DNA of 64,000 nt from a virus. Location: positions 3,047 through 67,046 of the IMG/VR virus record IMGVR_UViG_2065487013_000003; one strand, given 5' to 3'. This document shows positions 7,482-17,281 of this stretch, in pieces (position 1 is the stretch's first letter; each line of letters begins with the position of its first letter). Both the position numbers and the translations under genes were made by a program. The notes beneath the pieces are model-generated. The model worked only from the letters and a program-made list of their open reading frames with translations. It was not told the DNA's origin and did not search any database.

Positions 7482-10294
7482 TGAGTGATATCGCCACGAT
7501 CTCACTGCGTGTTAATACCAGCGGACTGGAAAAAGGCACGCAGGAGCTTGATAAATTCCGCCACGCAGCGAAAGGCGGGGCTGGATCCGCTGACGAACTG
7601 AGCCAGAGCGTTGATGAAACGCATCGCAGGGTGGAGGAACTGCGTAAGCGCCTGGCGAATAGTGAGGCTGTAACCAGGAAAAATGCCTCCGCTCAGGATG
7701 AGCTGGCGTCGGCGTTTTATAAGCAAATTGACAGCATAAAAAATGCCGCAAAAGAAACGGATAATATCGCGGCGATACGCTCCCGCCTTCATGCGGCGCA
7801 GAAATCAGGGAATCTGATCCAGGAAGACTATCTGGCGTTGCTGTCTGCAATCACAGCAAAACAGATCGAAGGCCGACGCGCAGAAGAAAGTGCAGCAGCG
7901 GCGCGGGAGGTTTTTCTCAAAAAACTGAAAGACCAGGTAGCAACCACGCGTCTTTCCCGCGAAGAACTGCTGCGCTACAGGGCTGAACAGCTGGGGGCAG
8001 GTTCGGCTGCTGAAATTTATATTCAGAAGCTGAAAAAGGCAGAAGAGGGTACTGCACGCTTTAATACCAGGACCGCTGCAGCGGGTAAAAACCTGCGCAC
8101 TCTGGCCGCTTCACTCGTCAGAAGCAACCTGGGCGGTGTGGCAGGTACAGGAACGTCTTTTCTTGGCAATATCGGGGCTTTGACACCGCAAGTTGCTCTT
8201 TTGGCGGGTGCAGTCGCAACGCTTGGAACCGCTTACTACAAAGGCCAGCAGGAAAGCAGCGAGTTTAATAAACAGCTCGCGCTGACGGGAAATTATGCTG
8301 GCCGTACAACCGGACAACTAAATAATCTGGCGAAAGCTATCTCAGGCAGTGGGATAACGCGAGGGGACGCAGCGGCGGCGCTGGCGAAAGTTGTCGGCAC
8401 AGGAAGCTTTGGGAGTAACCAGCTTGAGATGATTACCCGATCTGCCATCAGGCTGGAACAGGTAACGGGTCAGTCAGTAGATGCGACAGTAGGGCATTTT
8501 GCGCGGCTGCAAAATGAACCTCTCAGCGCGGCTAAGGAACTGGATCAGCAGCTTCACTTCCTGACCGCCAGCCAGCTTGAGCAGATTACCTCTCTTTCAC
8601 AGGTTGGTGATACCACCGGCGCGGCAAAAATCGCTATGGAAGCGTATGCCGACGCTATTCAAAATCGTACCACTGATATCACCAACAACCTGGGTTTTCT
8701 GGAATGGGGCTGGCGGGCTATCAAGCAGAAAGCCGCTGAAGCCTGGGATGCCATGCTGGGTATTGGGCGTCCTGAAACAATCGAAGACCAGATTGCAAAC
8801 CTACAGAAACGCGCCAGCAGAAAAATCCCTACGCCGTCAGGGATGAACAACTATGGGGCCGAAAAGTCACTGGATGAGCTGAAGGAGGAAAAATTTCAGG
8901 CGGATATTGCTGCGGCACGTGAAGACTCAGCTAGAAAAGCAGAAGAAACCCAAAAACGTATTTTCAACGACGACCAAAAATGGAAGACCCAGTACGAAAA
9001 CAAGGAAGAGCAGCATCAAAGACGGCTAGCTGAAATCCGTAATTCTTACGCTTCAAAAGCGGTGAAAGACGAGGCTATTCGTCGTGAGAATGAAAGTTAC
9101 GAGAAGAGTAAGCAGAAGGGGCTGAAGAAGGAAAAAACCTACACCGATGATTCTGCAACAAAGATGCTACAGGAATCATCGAAACGCCTGGCGGTACTGA
9201 AAGAGCAGGATGAAACAACCAAAAGCCTGACCTCAGAAGAAAAGCGTCTGCTGGAATTTAATCAGCAAATTGCCGACCTGAAGCAGAAAAGGATTTTAAC
9301 GGCTGATCAAAAAAGTCTTGTCGCCAGAAGTAGTGAGATCCGCGCAGCACTTGAGGCTGAAAGTGCAGAGGCTAAGCGGATTCAAAACATTAAGGAAATA
9401 GCAAAGGGCCATGAAACTTCCCTGAGATTCATACAGCAACAAAGCGCTCTTATCTCGGCTATGGACAGCGCCGCGGGAATGAGCAACCGACAAGCGCAGC
9501 GTCAAAAAGAGCGTGAGCAGCTCAAACTGATGAAAGCCTCTGAAGAGGATAAATCAGCAGCAAGCAACAAGCTTGAAGAGCGCTATGCGAAGGAGGATGA
9601 ACTACGCGGCGACTGGCTTGCAGGGGCTAAAAAGGGCTGGGCTGAGTATGAGGATTCAGTGACAAACGTTAATGAAAATATTGCTACTTTAACTCAGGGT
9701 GCCTTTATGGATATGAGTAAAAGCCTGAGCGATTTTTTCATTACTGGAAAGGCTCAATTTAGCGACTTTTTGACAACTTTCCTTAAGGGCATAACACAGA
9801 TGCTGACGCAATTGGCTTTGCTTAACACAGCTAAAGCAGCATTTGGAGGTACAGCGTTTGGCAATCTTTTAGGTATCAAACAGGCATATGTAGGAGGTTA
9901 CATCCCTGAATTCGATGTGGGTGGCTATACCGGCGCAGGCGGTAAGTATGAACCTAAAGGGATCGTTCACGGCGGCGAATTCGTGTTTACCAAAGAGGCT
10001 ACCAGTGCGATCGGTGTCGAGAACCTCTATGCCATGATGCATAACGCAAAGGGTTATGCCGGTGGTGGTGTGGTTGGGCGGGCACCAATGTATGGGCTTT
10101 CTGGTGGCGGGTTAACGGTGAATGTTGATGCGCCTGTTTCAATTACGCATGAAAACGGAGTTGGGGTTAATAGTTCAAACATGAAAGGCGCTGAGAACAT
10201 CGGTAGCCTGGTGAAATCAGTGGTCCAGCAGGAAGTAACAACCAGGTTACGTAAAGAATTGACAGAGGGCGGTGTATTGTACAAACGAGCCTGA
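7481..10294 (+). CDS. H: Tape measure protein (lambda gpH family)
   Basis: 937 aa helical; AWDAMLGIGR and GIVHGGEFVF motifs. Confidence 0.92.
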   Translation: MSDIATISLRVNTSGLEKGTQELDKFRHAAKGGAGSADELSQSVDETHRRVEELRKRLANSEAVTRKNASAQDELASAFYKQIDSIKNAAKETDNIAAIRSRLHAAQKSGNLIQEDYLALLSAITAKQIEGRRAEESAAAAREVFLKKLKDQVATTRLSREELLRYRAEQLGAGSAAEIYIQKLKKAEEGTARFNTRTAAAGKNLRTLAASLVRSNLGGVAGTGTSFLGNIGALTPQVALLAGAVATLGTAYYKGQQESSEFNKQLALTGNYAGRTTGQLNNLAKAISGSGITRGDAAAALAKVVGTGSFGSNQLEMITRSAIRLEQVTGQSVDATVGHFARLQNEPLSAAKELDQQLHFLTASQLEQITSLSQVGDTTGAAKIAMEAYADAIQNRTTDITNNLGFLEWGWRAIKQKAAEAWDAMLGIGRPETIEDQIANLQKRASRKIPTPSGMNNYGAEKSLDELKEEKFQADIAAAREDSARKAEETQKRIFNDDQKWKTQYENKEEQHQRRLAEIRNSYASKAVKDEAIRRENESYEKSKQKGLKKEKTYTDDSATKMLQESSKRLAVLKEQDETTKSLTSEEKRLLEFNQQIADLKQKRILTADQKSLVARSSEIRAALEAESAEAKRIQNIKEIAKGHETSLRFIQQQSALISAMDSAAGMSNRQAQRQKEREQLKLMKASEEDKSAASNKLEERYAKEDELRGDWLAGAKKGWAEYEDSVTNVNENIATLTQGAFMDMSKSLSDFFITGKAQFSDFLTTFLKGITQMLTQLALLNTAKAAFGGTAFGNLLGIKQAYVGGYIPEFDVGGYTGAGGKYEPKGIVHGGEFVFTKEATSAIGVENLYAMMHNAKGYAGGGVVGRAPMYGLSGGGLTVNVDAPVSITHENGVGVNSSNMKGAENIGSLVKSVVQQEVTTRLRKELTEGGVLYKRA

Positions 10295-10433
10295 GTGAAT
10301 TATTGATTATGCCCCCCTATCTGAACTAGCTGGTTAGCATTACTTCAATATCCATTTGTTTAATGTGTGTTTAAGGTGAGAGAGTTCGGTGATGATAACA
10401 TTTTGAAACTTTTGGTTTAGTGATGGAAACACA

Positions 10434-10973
10434 ATGGAAATAATCATAGGTTTAGCGATTTTAGCTCTCATTCCTGCCACAATTGCGTGCCGCAAAGGAA
10501 GAAGTTTTCTGTGGTGGTGGGTGTATGGTGTTTTATTCTTTATCATTGCTTTTATCCATTCGCTGCTTATCAAGACAGATGTTCGCGTTGCTGAGAGAGA
10601 GCAAATCAGTAAAGGTATGGTCAAGTGCCCATTCTGTGCAGAGGTGATCAAGCCAGAAGCGATTAAGTGTAAGCATTGCGGAAGTGATCTTGATGATGCC
10701 CATAATGCTCTTGCTCTCAAAAATTTCACTCCTAGTGATATGCCGATAGAATCTTTCATAATAAGAAAGAAAGATGACTTTAGAGGATCGGAGACTTTTC
10801 ATATTAATGAGAATTCTGTAGTCACCTTGGCTACGAATCTAAAAAAAGCAAATCCAAAAATGGACCCTGTTACAGTGATGGTAAAATTTCAAGTTGAGAT
10901 TGAAGAAATCAAAATGTCTCTTCCTGTTGGGTTAAGAGAACAGTTTATGCATTTGTATCAGGCTCAATTTTAA
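10434..10973 (+). CDS. Moron: membrane protein with zinc ribbon (possible superinfection-immunity type)
   Basis: AT-rich; two N-terminal TM segments; CPFC...CKHC; inserted between H and M. Confidence 0.75.
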   Translation: MEIIIGLAILALIPATIACRKGRSFLWWWVYGVLFFIIAFIHSLLIKTDVRVAEREQISKGMVKCPFCAEVIKPEAIKCKHCGSDLDDAHNALALKNFTPSDMPIESFIIRKKDDFRGSETFHINENSVVTLATNLKKANPKMDPVTVMVKFQVEIEEIKMSLPVGLREQFMHLYQAQF

Positions 10974-11000
10974 AATTCCTTACCTCTTAAGTTAAAAGAC

Positions 11001-11024
11001 AACCCGCTTCGGCGGGTTTTTTTT
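11001..11024 (+). terminator. Terminator after the moron
   Basis: AACCCGC-TTCG-GCGGGTT followed by a T run. Confidence 0.85.
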
Positions 11025-11035
11025 ATGGGTGAAAT

Positions 11036-11374
11036 ATGACAGATACCTTTACTTGGGCCACGCAGGTTTCACCAACCGCGACCGATACCATCAGCCTCTA
11101 CACCGCACAGTTCGGTGACGGTTACGAACAGGTGGCGGTTAATGGTATCAACAATGTGGCGGAAGCGTGGGATCTAACCTGGACTGGCAAGAAGAATGAC
11201 GTGGCGGCTATTCGTGCGTTTCTCCATTCCCATGCTCATCAGTCGTTCTGGTGGTCGAATCCGTGGGGGGAGAAAAAACTCTACAGGGTGAAACCTGACT
11301 CAATAAAACCGACCTTTATTTCAGGGAAAGTGGTCACTCTTGGCTTTTCCTTCAAACAGGCTTTTGTGCCTTAA
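11036..11374 (+). CDS. M: Minor tail protein M (distal tail)
   Basis: AQFGDGYEQ motif. Confidence 0.9.
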   Translation: MTDTFTWATQVSPTATDTISLYTAQFGDGYEQVAVNGINNVAEAWDLTWTGKKNDVAAIRAFLHSHAHQSFWWSNPWGEKKLYRVKPDSIKPTFISGKVVTLGFSFKQAFVP

Positions 11375-11427
11375 TCTTTAAATCTCTCCAACAGCCGCGT
11401 ATGCGGCTTTTTTTATGGAAAAATTTT

Positions 11428-12165
11428 ATGGGGCTAAATGCTGATTTCCAGGCGCTGGAGCCTGGCGAAAAAATCCAGCTAATCGAGGTTGATGGAACCT
11501 CATTCGGGATGGATAAAGTGCTTCGCTTCCACGCGTACAATATCCACTCTGAAGGCTGGGCATCGTTTGCTGCTGACAATCTCCCATCAATCATCTGGCA
11601 GGGTAACGAATACGATCCGCATCCCTACGAAGTGACGGGTCTGGAATTATCGGGTTCTGGCCCACAGCCGACGCCGACTCTTTCAGTGGGAAATATCTCT
11701 AACTATGTGACGGCACTCTGTTTGCAGTATGACGACATGGTTAAGGCTAAAGTTCGTATTCATACCACGTTCGCAAAATACCTGGATGCCGCTAACTGGG
11801 TGCATGGCAATCCGAACGCCAACCCGAACGAAGAACGTGTGCAGCTTTTCTATATCAATGCCAGAACCGCAGAATCGCGCGTACAGGTGGATTTTGAACT
11901 GTGCTCACCCTTCGATATTCAGAACCTCCAATTGCCAGCAAGGCAAATTCTCCCCGTGTGTACCTGGTGTCTGCGTGGCTGGTACCGCACAGGTAACGGC
12001 TGCGACTACAACGGCACGAAATATTTTCAGAAAGACGGCACTCCAACGGATAACCCTGCTTTGGATGTATGCGGCGGTCGTATGCAGGATTGCAGGGATC
12101 GCTTTGGACAGGACAATCCACTTCCTTTCGGTGGCTTTCCTGCTGCAAATTTACAGGGGAAATAG
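11428..12165 (+). CDS. L: Minor tail protein L
   Basis: WQGNEY, C-terminal Cys motif (CTW...C...C...C), PFGGFP; start taken at ATG 11428. Confidence 0.9.
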   Translation: MGLNADFQALEPGEKIQLIEVDGTSFGMDKVLRFHAYNIHSEGWASFAADNLPSIIWQGNEYDPHPYEVTGLELSGSGPQPTPTLSVGNISNYVTALCLQYDDMVKAKVRIHTTFAKYLDAANWVHGNPNANPNEERVQLFYINARTAESRVQVDFELCSPFDIQNLQLPARQILPVCTWCLRGWYRTGNGCDYNGTKYFQKDGTPTDNPALDVCGGRMQDCRDRFGQDNPLPFGGFPAANLQGK

Positions 12166-12166
12166 C

Positions 12167-12901
12167 ATGCGTAAACGCCTGATGGACGCAATACGTAAAC
12201 ACGTCGCGGCTGAGTACCCGAAAGAGGCCTGCGGCGTGATCGTTGAAACGAGTATGGGGCAGAAATACGTTGCCTGTCGCAACGTGGCCAGTGATCCGAC
12301 TGAAACTTTCACGATGTCACCCGATGACCGACGTGCGGCTGAAAAACTGGGTGAGATCATCATGGTTATCCATTCTCACCCGGATGTGACCAGACTGGTA
12401 CCGTCTGAGTTCGACCGCATCCAGTGCGACTGGTCAGGGATTGAGTGGGGGATTATGTCCTGGCCTGACGGGGATTTTTGCACGATTTCACCCCGTGACG
12501 AACGCGATTATGTCGGGCGTCAGTGGCTGCTCGGATACGCCGATTGCTGGTCGCTGATTCGTGAGTATTACCAGCGTGAACACGGCGTGGTTTTGGGGGA
12601 TTACTCTGTCGATTACGAGTGGTGGATTGATGCGAAAGAAAACCGCTACGACGATAACTGGGAGCGCGAAGGGTTCTACGAGGTGCCATCCAGCCAGATA
12701 CAACCTGGCGACATGATCATGATGCAGGTCAGCGCCCCTGTAACCAATCACGCCGCGATTTATCTGGGAGACAACCAGATGCTTCATCACATGTTCGGAC
12801 AGCTATCAACGCGCGTGCCATATGGCAAATATTACCGTGATCGGACTGTACGCGTGGTAAGACACAAAGGAGTAAACCTTGAAAAAAACGCTGATTCTTA
12901 A
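12167..12901 (+). CDS. K: Tail tip assembly protein K (JAB + NlpC/P60)
   Basis: EACG...HSHP JAB motif; DCWSL...NHAAIYLG NlpC/P60 motif; real start ATG 12167. Confidence 0.9.
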   Translation: MRKRLMDAIRKHVAAEYPKEACGVIVETSMGQKYVACRNVASDPTETFTMSPDDRRAAEKLGEIIMVIHSHPDVTRLVPSEFDRIQCDWSGIEWGIMSWPDGDFCTISPRDERDYVGRQWLLGYADCWSLIREYYQREHGVVLGDYSVDYEWWIDAKENRYDDNWEREGFYEVPSSQIQPGDMIMMQVSAPVTNHAAIYLGDNQMLHHMFGQLSTRVPYGKYYRDRTVRVVRHKGVNLEKNADS

Positions 12902-13501
12902 AGGCCGCATGGCGAAAAAATTCGGTAAAACTCACCAGTTTCATGTGGCAGACCTGCGCGAAATGCTCAGGGCGATGTGTTCGCAGGTGCCGGGGTTCAG
13001 GAAGTACATGAGCGAGGCGCATATGAACGGTATTCGCTTCGCATTTTTCAGCGGTCGCAACAATATCGGGATTGACGAGTTTGATATGACGGCTGGTGGG
13101 GAGGTATTCAGTATTGAGCCTGTTATTGAAGGGGCAAAGCGGGGGGATTCCTTCAGGTCGTTATAGGCGCGGCTGCGCTTGCTGCAGCATTCTTTACAGC
13201 TGGCGGCTCACTGGCGCTGTGGGGGGCTGCGCTGGGAGCAACTACGGCAACAGGTGCCGCTGTCACTGCCCTAACCTCAATCGGCCTGAGCATGGTTCTT
13301 GGAGGCGTGGTGCAGATGCTGACGCCGCAGCCTGATTTCAACGTGGGCGCATCATCCAGCAGTGACAACAAGCCTAACTATGCCTTCGGTGCTCCGGTGA
13401 ATACCGTATCAATGGGCTATCCCGTTCCGGTGCTCTATGGCGAGCGGGAAATCGGCGGCGCGATTATCAGCGCAGGAATGTTCTCCAGCGATCAGCAGTA
13501 A
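12879..13501 (+). pseudogene. I: Tail assembly protein I split by a 1-bp deletion in a G6 run (13141-13146), or a sequencing error
   Basis: N-half ends 13166; the -1 frame continues GFLQVVIGAAAL...NYAFGAPVNTVSMGYPVPVLYG; one extra G restores the frame. Confidence 0.8.
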
Positions 13502-13517
13502 CCATCAATTTCTGACT

Positions 13518-13542
13518 GGCCACCTTTTCGGTGGCCTTTTTT
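13518..13542 (+). terminator. Terminator-like hairpin before J
   Basis: GGCCACC-TTTTC-GGTGGCC followed by T6. Confidence 0.7.
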
Positions 13543-13553
13543 ATGGGTGCAAT

Positions 13554-16500
13554 ATGAACTACTCATTCACGGAAATCCCGTATTCAGGAAGAAAGGGCGG
13601 TGGTGGAAGCGCGCACACACCCGTTGAGCAACCAGACGATTTACTGTCTGAAGCCCGTTTAAAAATGCTGGTGGCCCTTTCTGAAGGAGAGATTCAGGGC
13701 AATTTGACTGCCCAGGATATTTACCTGAACGATACCCCACTGGCGAATGCTAACGGCACGTACAACTTTGAGGGCGTTACCTGGGAATTTCGTACCGGCA
13801 CACAGGACCAGGAATACATTCCAGGCTTGCCTGAGGTGAATAACGAACTGGCGGTTGGGGTAGTCGTAAGTGAATCGGTATCGTGGACCCGACAGTTTAC
13901 TAATCTGGCGCTTGATGCCGTCAGAATTAAGCTGAGTTTGCCCGTTCAGTACCGCTATAAGAATAACGGCGATATGGTTGGTACGGTAACCGAGTACGCC
14001 ATTGACCTTTCAACCGATGGAGGGAGCTGGCAGGAAGTGGTAAGGGGCAAATTTGACGGAAAAACCACGTCAGAGTATCAGCGGGATCACCGGATCAATT
14101 TTCCTAAGTCCTCTACCGGCTGGTCTGTTCGGGTTCGTCGCCTTACTCCTGATTCGACGGATTCAAAACTGGTTAACGCCTTTAGCGTCTTTTCTTTCGC
14201 TGAGGTAATCGACAGCAAGCTTCGATATCCCAATACCGCACTGCTGTACATTGAGGTTAATGCCAGCCAGTTTAATGGATCTGCGCCGAAGATAACCTGT
14301 AAGCCGAAGGGCAAAATCATTCGCGTACCTGATAACTATGATCCCGTTTATCGCACTTACTCCGGTAGCTGGTCAGGCGGGTTTAAATGGGCGTACAGCA
14401 ATAATCCCGCCTGGATTTTTTACGATCTCCTGCTGGATGAGATTTACGGTATGGGTTCGCGCATTGATGCCAGCATGGTTGATAAGTGGGAGCTGTACGA
14501 AATAGCGCGTTATTGCGATGAATCGGTTTCTGACGGCGCTGGAGGCACTGAACCCAGATTCACCTGCAATGTGTTTATTCAGAGCCAGCAGGACGCCTAC
14601 ACGGTACTTAACGACCTGGCAGCGGTATTTCGCGGGATCACGTTCTGGGGCAACGAGCAGCTTTTTGTTAAAGCTGACGTGCCGCAGGATGACGTTGACT
14701 GGGTTTATACAGCGTCAAACGTTATTAACGGCGAATTCTCTTACGCTGGCGGCAGCTACAAAAAACGTTATTCCTCATGCCTGGTGTCATGGTCTGACCC
14801 TGTCAACCATTACAGCGACACGGTGGAAGGGGTCTATGACTCAGCCCTGGTTGAGCGTTACCAGATTAACCAGCTCACGCTTACGGCTATAGGCTGCACA
14901 AAACAGAGTGAGGCGCACCGACGCGGCCGCTGGGCGCTGCTGTCGAGCGTTAAAGACGGCTCAGTGACCTTTGGTGTCGGGCTCGACGGCTACATACCGT
15001 TACCGTCGCAGGTGATAGGGGTTGCCGATCCGTTCCGTGCCGGTATTCAGAACGGCGGGCGTATGAAGTCGATTAAGGGGCGGGTCGTGACTCTTGATCG
15101 CGCCATTGACTATGAGGCCGGTGCTCGTCTGGTTATGAACATGCCTGATGGTACCACCCAGTCGCGCACCATTGAGGCCGTAGACAACGAAGAGCATACG
15201 GTAACCCTGACAACTGCATACAGCCAGACGCCCGTTTACGGAGCTGTATGGGCTATCGATAGCGACAAGGTAGCTATTCAGTATTTTCGGGTGATGTCTG
15301 TTGCCGCTAACGACGATGAAACAGGCGGTTTCACTATTTCGGCAATTCAGCACGACCCTGAGAAATATCGCTACATCGATGACGGCGTGCGTATCGAAAG
15401 CCCTCCGATCACAGTTACACCGATTAATGTTCTCAGTGCACCTGAAAACATTGTTATTCAGGAGACTGATTATGTCGCCCAGGGGCTGACTGTGGCGACG
15501 ATGTATGTTTCCTGGAGTAAGGTAGATGGAGCTATCCGCTATATTGCACAGTGGCGTAAGGATAACGGCGACTGGATAAACGTTCCTGTTACGAGTGCCC
15601 AGGGCTTCTCTGTTGAAGGGATTTACTCAGGCTCATACGATGTGAGGGTGAGGGCGCTAAATGCGCAGGAAACGTCTTCACCGTGGGGCTATGCCGATAA
15701 TACTTTCCTCTCAGGTAAGCAAGGCAAACCAGGCACTCCGACCAACTTCCGCGCCACCGATAACGTTGTGTGGAATATTGACCTTGCCTGGGGGTTCCCT
15801 GAGGGTTCAGGTGACACTGCTTATACGGAAATTGAGCGGGCCACCACGTCTGACTTCCAGAACCCACAACAACTAACCATGCTGGCCTATCCCGCAGCAA
15901 CATATCAGCACGGACCGATGAAAGCAGGCGTCAGTCAGTGGTATCGCGCTCGTCTGGTTGATCGTATCGGAAACGTTGGTGACTGGACTGAATGGGTTAA
16001 AGGTGTAACCAATCAGGATGCGTCAGATTTGATTGGTGACATCGACGAGGAAATTCAAAACTCAGGCGTTTGGGATCACTTCAATCAGGGGATCAACTCG
16101 AATCTTGAAGCGAGTCTGAATAACTCGCTCGCCATTGGTAAGGTCTCGTTCAGACAGTGGGAGCAGTACGGAGAAGTTAAAGCCGAAATCATTGTAGTGA
16201 CGACAACAATTGCCGCTGTTGATAAATCCCTGGCTGAGCTTACCACGAGCGTAAGGGCCCAGTTTGAAACACAGGATGCTCATATTCTGGAGGTCAGACA
16301 GGCCGCAGCCGATGCGCAGCAGGCAGTTTCTAAACTTGAAACCTCAGTAAACGCCTCGATTGGCGAGCTTACTGCAGGAGTGAACCAGAAATTCGATTCA
16401 TACGTTAAGTCAGACGGCACGGCTGCAGCGTATTACGCCCTGAACCTTGGTGTCGATAAGAACGGTGTGAAATATAACTGCGGCATGGCCTTTGGGATCG

Positions 16501-17228
16501 AACCGAAATCAGGTGGTGGCTATAAATCGACCGTTATTTTTGCGGCTGATACTTTCGGTATCTATACAGGAAGTACGCCAGGAAATTACGAGCTTGTTTT
16601 TGCTGTTGTGAATGGTCAGGCTATTCTGAAGGAAGCATTCATTGGTAACGGGACCATTACCAATGCCAAAATTGGCAACGAGATATACTCACTTAATTAT
16701 GTGAAAGGAATTAGCGGATGGTACATCGGTAAAAATGGCGAGGCTGAGTTTAATAACGCAACGTTCAGAGGGACAGTATATGCAACAAACGGTCAATTCT
16801 CAGGGGTTATAGAAGCCAAGTCATTCATAGGCGATGTGGCTAATGGCTATGTATTCACAGATACTGGATTGACTTCTGGTGCTGGAGCTGTAACACGTTC
16901 TTTCAGATACACAGACAGCGCCACAACCGCATTAGATAAGCAGGTATTGGTCATGTGTATGATTGATTCATATAAGCCATCTAAAGCCGGTGTAGGACAG
17001 GTCACAGTTACTATAGGTAGCGCATCAAAACAGTTTGTTATCCAGTTAGGAAATGAAGGGGTTTCCGCCTACAGTACGACGGATTGCGCCGCCATCATAT
17101 TTTCAGCCAGAACGTCAGCAAGAATTGTTGATTGTTCAATCTCTGCAAAATCAGACGGTGGGGGCGTTGCAATAAAATCTCCGTCGATGTTAATCATGCG
17201 CGGCTCTGGTTCATTCACTCAACTGTAA
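13554..17228 (+). CDS. J: Tip attachment / host specificity protein J
   Basis: GRKGGGG start, KLRYPNTAL, SNNPAWIFYD, FN3 repeats, DUF1983-like C-terminal part; start at ATG 13554. Confidence 0.93.
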   Translation: MNYSFTEIPYSGRKGGGGSAHTPVEQPDDLLSEARLKMLVALSEGEIQGNLTAQDIYLNDTPLANANGTYNFEGVTWEFRTGTQDQEYIPGLPEVNNELAVGVVVSESVSWTRQFTNLALDAVRIKLSLPVQYRYKNNGDMVGTVTEYAIDLSTDGGSWQEVVRGKFDGKTTSEYQRDHRINFPKSSTGWSVRVRRLTPDSTDSKLVNAFSVFSFAEVIDSKLRYPNTALLYIEVNASQFNGSAPKITCKPKGKIIRVPDNYDPVYRTYSGSWSGGFKWAYSNNPAWIFYDLLLDEIYGMGSRIDASMVDKWELYEIARYCDESVSDGAGGTEPRFTCNVFIQSQQDAYTVLNDLAAVFRGITFWGNEQLFVKADVPQDDVDWVYTASNVINGEFSYAGGSYKKRYSSCLVSWSDPVNHYSDTVEGVYDSALVERYQINQLTLTAIGCTKQSEAHRRGRWALLSSVKDGSVTFGVGLDGYIPLPSQVIGVADPFRAGIQNGGRMKSIKGRVVTLDRAIDYEAGARLVMNMPDGTTQSRTIEAVDNEEHTVTLTTAYSQTPVYGAVWAIDSDKVAIQYFRVMSVAANDDETGGFTISAIQHDPEKYRYIDDGVRIESPPITVTPINVLSAPENIVIQETDYVAQGLTVATMYVSWSKVDGAIRYIAQWRKDNGDWINVPVTSAQGFSVEGIYSGSYDVRVRALNAQETSSPWGYADNTFLSGKQGKPGTPTNFRATDNVVWNIDLAWGFPEGSGDTAYTEIERATTSDFQNPQQLTMLAYPAATYQHGPMKAGVSQWYRARLVDRIGNVGDWTEWVKGVTNQDASDLIGDIDEEIQNSGVWDHFNQGINSNLEASLNNSLAIGKVSFRQWEQYGEVKAEIIVVTTTIAAVDKSLAELTTSVRAQFETQDAHILEVRQAAADAQQAVSKLETSVNASIGELTAGVNQKFDSYVKSDGTAAAYYALNLGVDKNGVKYNCGMAFGIEPKSGGGYKSTVIFAADTFGIYTGSTPGNYELVFAVVNGQAILKEAFIGNGTITNAKIGNEIYSLNYVKGISGWYIGKNGEAEFNNATFRGTVYATNGQFSGVIEAKSFIGDVANGYVFTDTGLTSGAGAVTRSFRYTDSATTALDKQVLVMCMIDSYKPSKAGVGQVTVTIGSASKQFVIQLGNEGVSAYSTTDCAAIIFSARTSARIVDCSISAKSDGGGVAIKSPSMLIMRGSGSFTQL

Positions 17229-17243
17229 TTATTAATTCTCTAT

Positions 17244-17268
17244 ATCCCGCCAGTGAGCGGGATTTTTT
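17244..17268 (+). terminator. Terminator-like hairpin before the tail fibre gene
   Basis: ATCCCGC-CAGTGA-GCGGGAT followed by a T run. Confidence 0.7.
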
Positions 17269-17281
17269 ATGGGGTAAAACA

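Noticed and set aside
11729-12166. 5' extension of the K ORF (and similar extensions of J, tail fibre, cI, rha, TipJ)
   Set aside because: Extensions overlap upstream genes or terminators; internal ATGs with RBS match the known N-termini.
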